A stretch of 64,000 bases of DNA, taken from IMG/VR virus record IMGVR_UViG_3300035660_000002, positions 69,463-133,462 of that record; one strand, given 5' to 3'. How positions within the stretch are numbered: the stretch's first letter is position 1; each line of letters begins with the position of its first letter. Under the pieces are notes generated by a model. That model was given only the letters and a program-made list of their open reading frames with translations. It made no database searches and was not told the DNA's origin. Below are positions 61,395 through 64,000 of the stretch, one piece after another. A program made the position numbers and the translations under genes. This stretch comes from a virus.

Positions 61395-63050
61395 TTACCT
61401 GGCTCCTTTCTCTTCGGTCGCCTTCTTTGCCTCTTCTACAGGAGTGATGCTCTTGTCCTTCCCTACTACCTTGGCAAGTTCGCTGTCCTGCCCTGCAAGC
61501 GCTACTGCATAGAACACCCCTGCGTCCGTTGTATAATGGTCACTATCTGTTTCTTTGAAGTACACATTCTGTACCACCACATCCTTAGCCTGAGCTTTCT
61601 TAATCTCTTGTTCAATCCATTTCTTTACAATCGCAATTCCTTTCGGAGTTTCAAGCTCGTTGGCCACTTCTTCCGGCTCATGCTGCAATTCCCACTTGTC
61701 CCCGAACAGTTCAATGCCAAACTCGTACACCGGGAACGCAAACTCGCCTGTCTTTACGTTCTTTCCCTCGTCTGCGATTTCCCTGCCGGCGTATTCAGTA
61801 ACGCGCTCTTTTGAAAATTCATCCGGTGCCAAAAACCATGTGTCCTTTCCAAATATAATACCTACTTTTCCTTGAGCATCTTTTTCTTGCGTCAGTGTTC
61901 CTGCACGTCCTTTACGAACATAAGACCCGTCCGGCTCTTTGATATCCTTAGTCGCATACACAACTGGTTCATCGGCTTCTTTAATCCCCGACACGTACTT
62001 CATCACACGCTCTTCTGTGCCTACGTCATCCTTGTACTCAGGGTATGCTGTCTCTACCCATTCATGATAGTTTTGCCTGTCTGCAGTCTCCAGATCGTAC
62101 TTCTTACATTCGGCCTTGTACTCAACGGCCATCTTAGTTTCGATACCCTCTTTGATCTCAACACGATACTTCTTGGTCTGGGGATCCTGCGTGATCGTTG
62201 CCCCGGGCTTGCCGGCCTGTATCTTCTTGGCCTCCGCCTCGTCGCTTATGTCGGCAGCTATCACAGTCATCTTGGTCGGCTCCTGCTCGTTGACCTTAGA
62301 TTCTACTGTCAATGACTTGTTCTTGCAAAGCTTCTGTATCTCGTAGTATTCCGCGTCGGTTATCTTCTTAGAATCCTTAGCTGTCAGAGCGTCATCCATC
62401 ACTTTATCAAGTTCGGCAAATGTCTTAGCCGCACTCGCTCTGCTTTTCAACTGGCTTGTATCCTCATTGACTTTCGATTCATTATTCCGCCAAGCCAGCT
62501 TACATTGAGGACATCTATGCTGTCCGTCACTGACATCCCCATGCCCCACATATCCACACTTGGTGCATGTCATCGTATCATGCGGTATCATCTCCTGCTC
62601 TTTTATCTTCTTGGATTCAATCGGGGCTTCCTTACCCCCTGCGGCCGCATCTGCGGCGGCTGCAGGCGAAGCTTCCTTCTCCGGCTTGGCCTCTGGTGTC
62701 TTCTTCGCATCCGCAACCATCTGTGCCAGCCTTGTGTAGTAATCCGGCAACTCTTTCAGGTGCACCAACGCGATCTTGGCCGTAGTGGCAGGGTCCCCCC
62801 CTGTCACATCTGTGTGCTCCTGCTCCTCTGCAAGACCTTTCATAAACTCATCTACATTTACCTCAGGGCCCGCGCCTATCTCTTTCAGGAGACTGTCCGC
62901 CAGTTCCTGCGTCACTTCAAACTTCTTCGGAGCTTCCGGAGCATGATCGCCCTCCGGCTTGTCCTCCTTTGGAGTAAAGCTGACACCGCTCAGGTCAACC
63001 TTACCCAGGCTTTCAAATAAAGATATAAGCGTATTGTCTTTGTTGTACAT
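61395..63050 (-). CDS. Multi-domain acidic head-region protein with DUF5661-like domain and zinc ribbon, 551 aa
   Basis: EFMKGLAEEQEHTDVTGGD...TAKIALVHLKELPDYYTRL; CTKCG...CPQC; repeated ESK(V/K)xE junctions. Confidence 0.7.
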   Translation of the reverse strand: MYNKDNTLISLFESLGKVDLSGVSFTPKEDKPEGDHAPEAPKKFEVTQELADSLLKEIGAGPEVNVDEFMKGLAEEQEHTDVTGGDPATTAKIALVHLKELPDYYTRLAQMVADAKKTPEAKPEKEASPAAAADAAAGGKEAPIESKKIKEQEMIPHDTMTCTKCGYVGHGDVSDGQHRCPQCKLAWRNNESKVNEDTSQLKSRASAAKTFAELDKVMDDALTAKDSKKITDAEYYEIQKLCKNKSLTVESKVNEQEPTKMTVIAADISDEAEAKKIQAGKPGATITQDPQTKKYRVEIKEGIETKMAVEYKAECKKYDLETADRQNYHEWVETAYPEYKDDVGTEERVMKYVSGIKEADEPVVYATKDIKEPDGSYVRKGRAGTLTQEKDAQGKVGIIFGKDTWFLAPDEFSKERVTEYAGREIADEGKNVKTGEFAFPVYEFGIELFGDKWELQHEPEEVANELETPKGIAIVKKWIEQEIKKAQAKDVVVQNVYFKETDSDHYTTDAGVFYAVALAGQDSELAKVVGKDKSITPVEEAKKATEEKGAR

Positions 63051-63478
63051 TATTCCTCCGTCCCGAGATCTAGCAGTTTCACAGATTCCCCTTTTTCGTC
63101 TACCCAGTCCCCTGCCGATCCCGCATCGGTCAAATCGAGAAGGTCATACACCTTACTCATTATCTTATCGTCTTTCTTCCAGAAGGCGGTCATCTTGCTG
63201 TTGCCGTCCTTGTATATGGGCCGTGTAGGAAGAGGCAATTCCGCAAGTTGCATGTTGATCAGATTCTGTATCGCTTTGGGGGAGTTGTCTTGAAGCACAT
63301 ATGCCAGTATCTCCTGTGCCTTCTTATCCTTCGGGACGCACTTCAGTCCTGCCTCAAGCATTGTCCGGTATATCTTTCCCATGCCGGTCCCGGGATACGA
63401 ATCAACAAAGTCGCTGAACAGCGTCAGCATTTTCTTATACACATTCAGATCCTGCGCTTCAATTATTTGCTTTAGCAT
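63050..63478 (-). CDS. Hypothetical protein, 142 aa
   Basis: RBS GGGAGAGG; coupled ORF. Confidence 0.6.
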   Translation of the reverse strand: MLKQIIEAQDLNVYKKMLTLFSDFVDSYPGTGMGKIYRTMLEAGLKCVPKDKKAQEILAYVLQDNSPKAIQNLINMQLAELPLPTRPIYKDGNSKMTAFWKKDDKIMSKVYDLLDLTDAGSAGDWVDEKGESVKLLDLGTEE

Positions 63479-63998
63479 ATCCCTCTCCCTTTATTATGAT
63501 TTCTTTCAGTTGGTTAAAAAAGTCCGGGGTGAACCTGCCCCCTGCCGGATAGACAATCTTATTCTTTACCCTTGTGCCCCTCATCACGTCCGCTACCTTC
63601 TCGGCCGTGTCGTAGTCGCCTATGTATATGTATTCCTGCACCGCAAAGTTCATGTCAATATATCCTTCATAAATCATCGGCACATGCATCTCTTTTACTG
63701 CGAACCTCGCGCCGTAAAGATATTTGAACGCATCGAAGGGCTCGTACCCCGCTATCGTCTTCTTCATCGTTACCGCCTCGAGCGTCAGTTCCAATTCCCC
63801 TACATCATCCGGCAACCTCTTGATGACTTCCCCAGTCTCTTTCCCCTCATTCTTATATTTCATCATCACTACAGGAGGCGTGATGTCTCTGCTATTTGGG
63901 AATGCCTTGGCAAATGTTCCTGCGCTTATCGGCTTCTCCTTTATGATCTTGGATAGGCCGTTTGTGATCTCTCTTTTAAGTTGTGGTACTCTCGCGTC
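63459..63998 (-). CDS. Hypothetical protein, 5'-truncated by the window end
   Basis: The frame of the 63459-63869 ORF stays open to the window edge (DARVPQLKREIT...). Confidence 0.55.
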   Translation of the reverse strand, partial: DARVPQLKREITNGLSKIIKEKPISAGTFAKAFPNSRDITPPVVMMKYKNEGKETGEVIKRLPDDVGELELTLEAVTMKKTIAGYEPFDAFKYLYGARFAVKEMHVPMIYEGYIDMNFAVQEYIYIGDYDTAEKVADVMRGTRVKNKIVYPAGGRFTPDFFNQLKEIIIKGEGYAKANN

Positions 63999-64000
63999 CA

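Larger units (their letters stand above)
1..64000 (-). mobile_element. Fragment of a large contractile-tailed (myovirus-type) bacteriophage genome
   Basis: Sheath, tube, gp25-, gp6-, gp5-, PAAR- and gp15-like genes in T4-like order; dense co-oriented genes with overlapping stop/start codons and strong GGAGG RBSs; no host housekeeping genes. Confidence 0.93.

Noticed and set aside
62305-62316. 12-nt match (ACTGTCAATGAC) to TIGR unit 1 joined in the alternative order
   Set aside because: Only 12 of 18 nt, in the less likely geometry, and within chance expectation for 14 guides over 128 kb of both strands. A full self-target search was not possible by eye.
700-63956. Numerous plus-strand ORFs (e.g. 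3841-4500, 5593-6246, 18694-19443, 44726-45357)
   Set aside because: Antisense shadows of well-supported minus-strand genes, with no recognisable motifs or RBSs.
1-64000. Stop-codon reassignment
   Set aside because: Long genes are intact under the standard code, and TAA, TGA and TAG all end genes at expected boundaries.

Overview
The window is a 64-kb piece of a large tailed phage genome with a T4-like contractile tail (a myovirus). Every credible gene is on the minus strand, so transcription runs from 64000 towards 1. In that order the window holds: (i) head, neck and internal-protein genes (about 64-56 kb), including a nucleotidyltransferase and a DUF5661 protein; (ii) a contractile-tail and baseplate module (56-39 kb) with sheath, tube, chaperones, tape measure, hub, gp5-like spike, PAAR, gp25, gp6 and gpI-like genes; (iii) a virion-type protein ending in a (Cys-X)n tail, followed by a 7-gene cassette with four radical-SAM enzymes (38.7-31.1 kb); (iv) very large fibre/adhesin-like proteins that unusually start with Sec signal peptides, interrupted by a glycosyl-/methyltransferase cluster (31-10 kb); (v) a membrane/lysis block with a u-spanin candidate (10-8 kb); and (vi) after a terminator and a sigma70-like promoter, an early-type operon (7.7-0 kb) with SprT-like, DUF932, SpoVG and SleB-fusion genes. 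That operon ends in the top finding: a nuclease-free Nop-domain (IS110-related) protein directly followed by an exact 36-nt-period array of two alternating 9-nt repeats and unique 9-nt spacers. This is a TIGR-Tas RNA-guided DNA-targeting locus (TasA type) whose array runs off the window start. The host is unknown; a lipoprotein spanin plus SpoVG suggests a diderm, non-enterobacterial host (inference). Capsid, portal and terminase genes are not in the window. All family assignments come from motif recognition by eye, not database searches.
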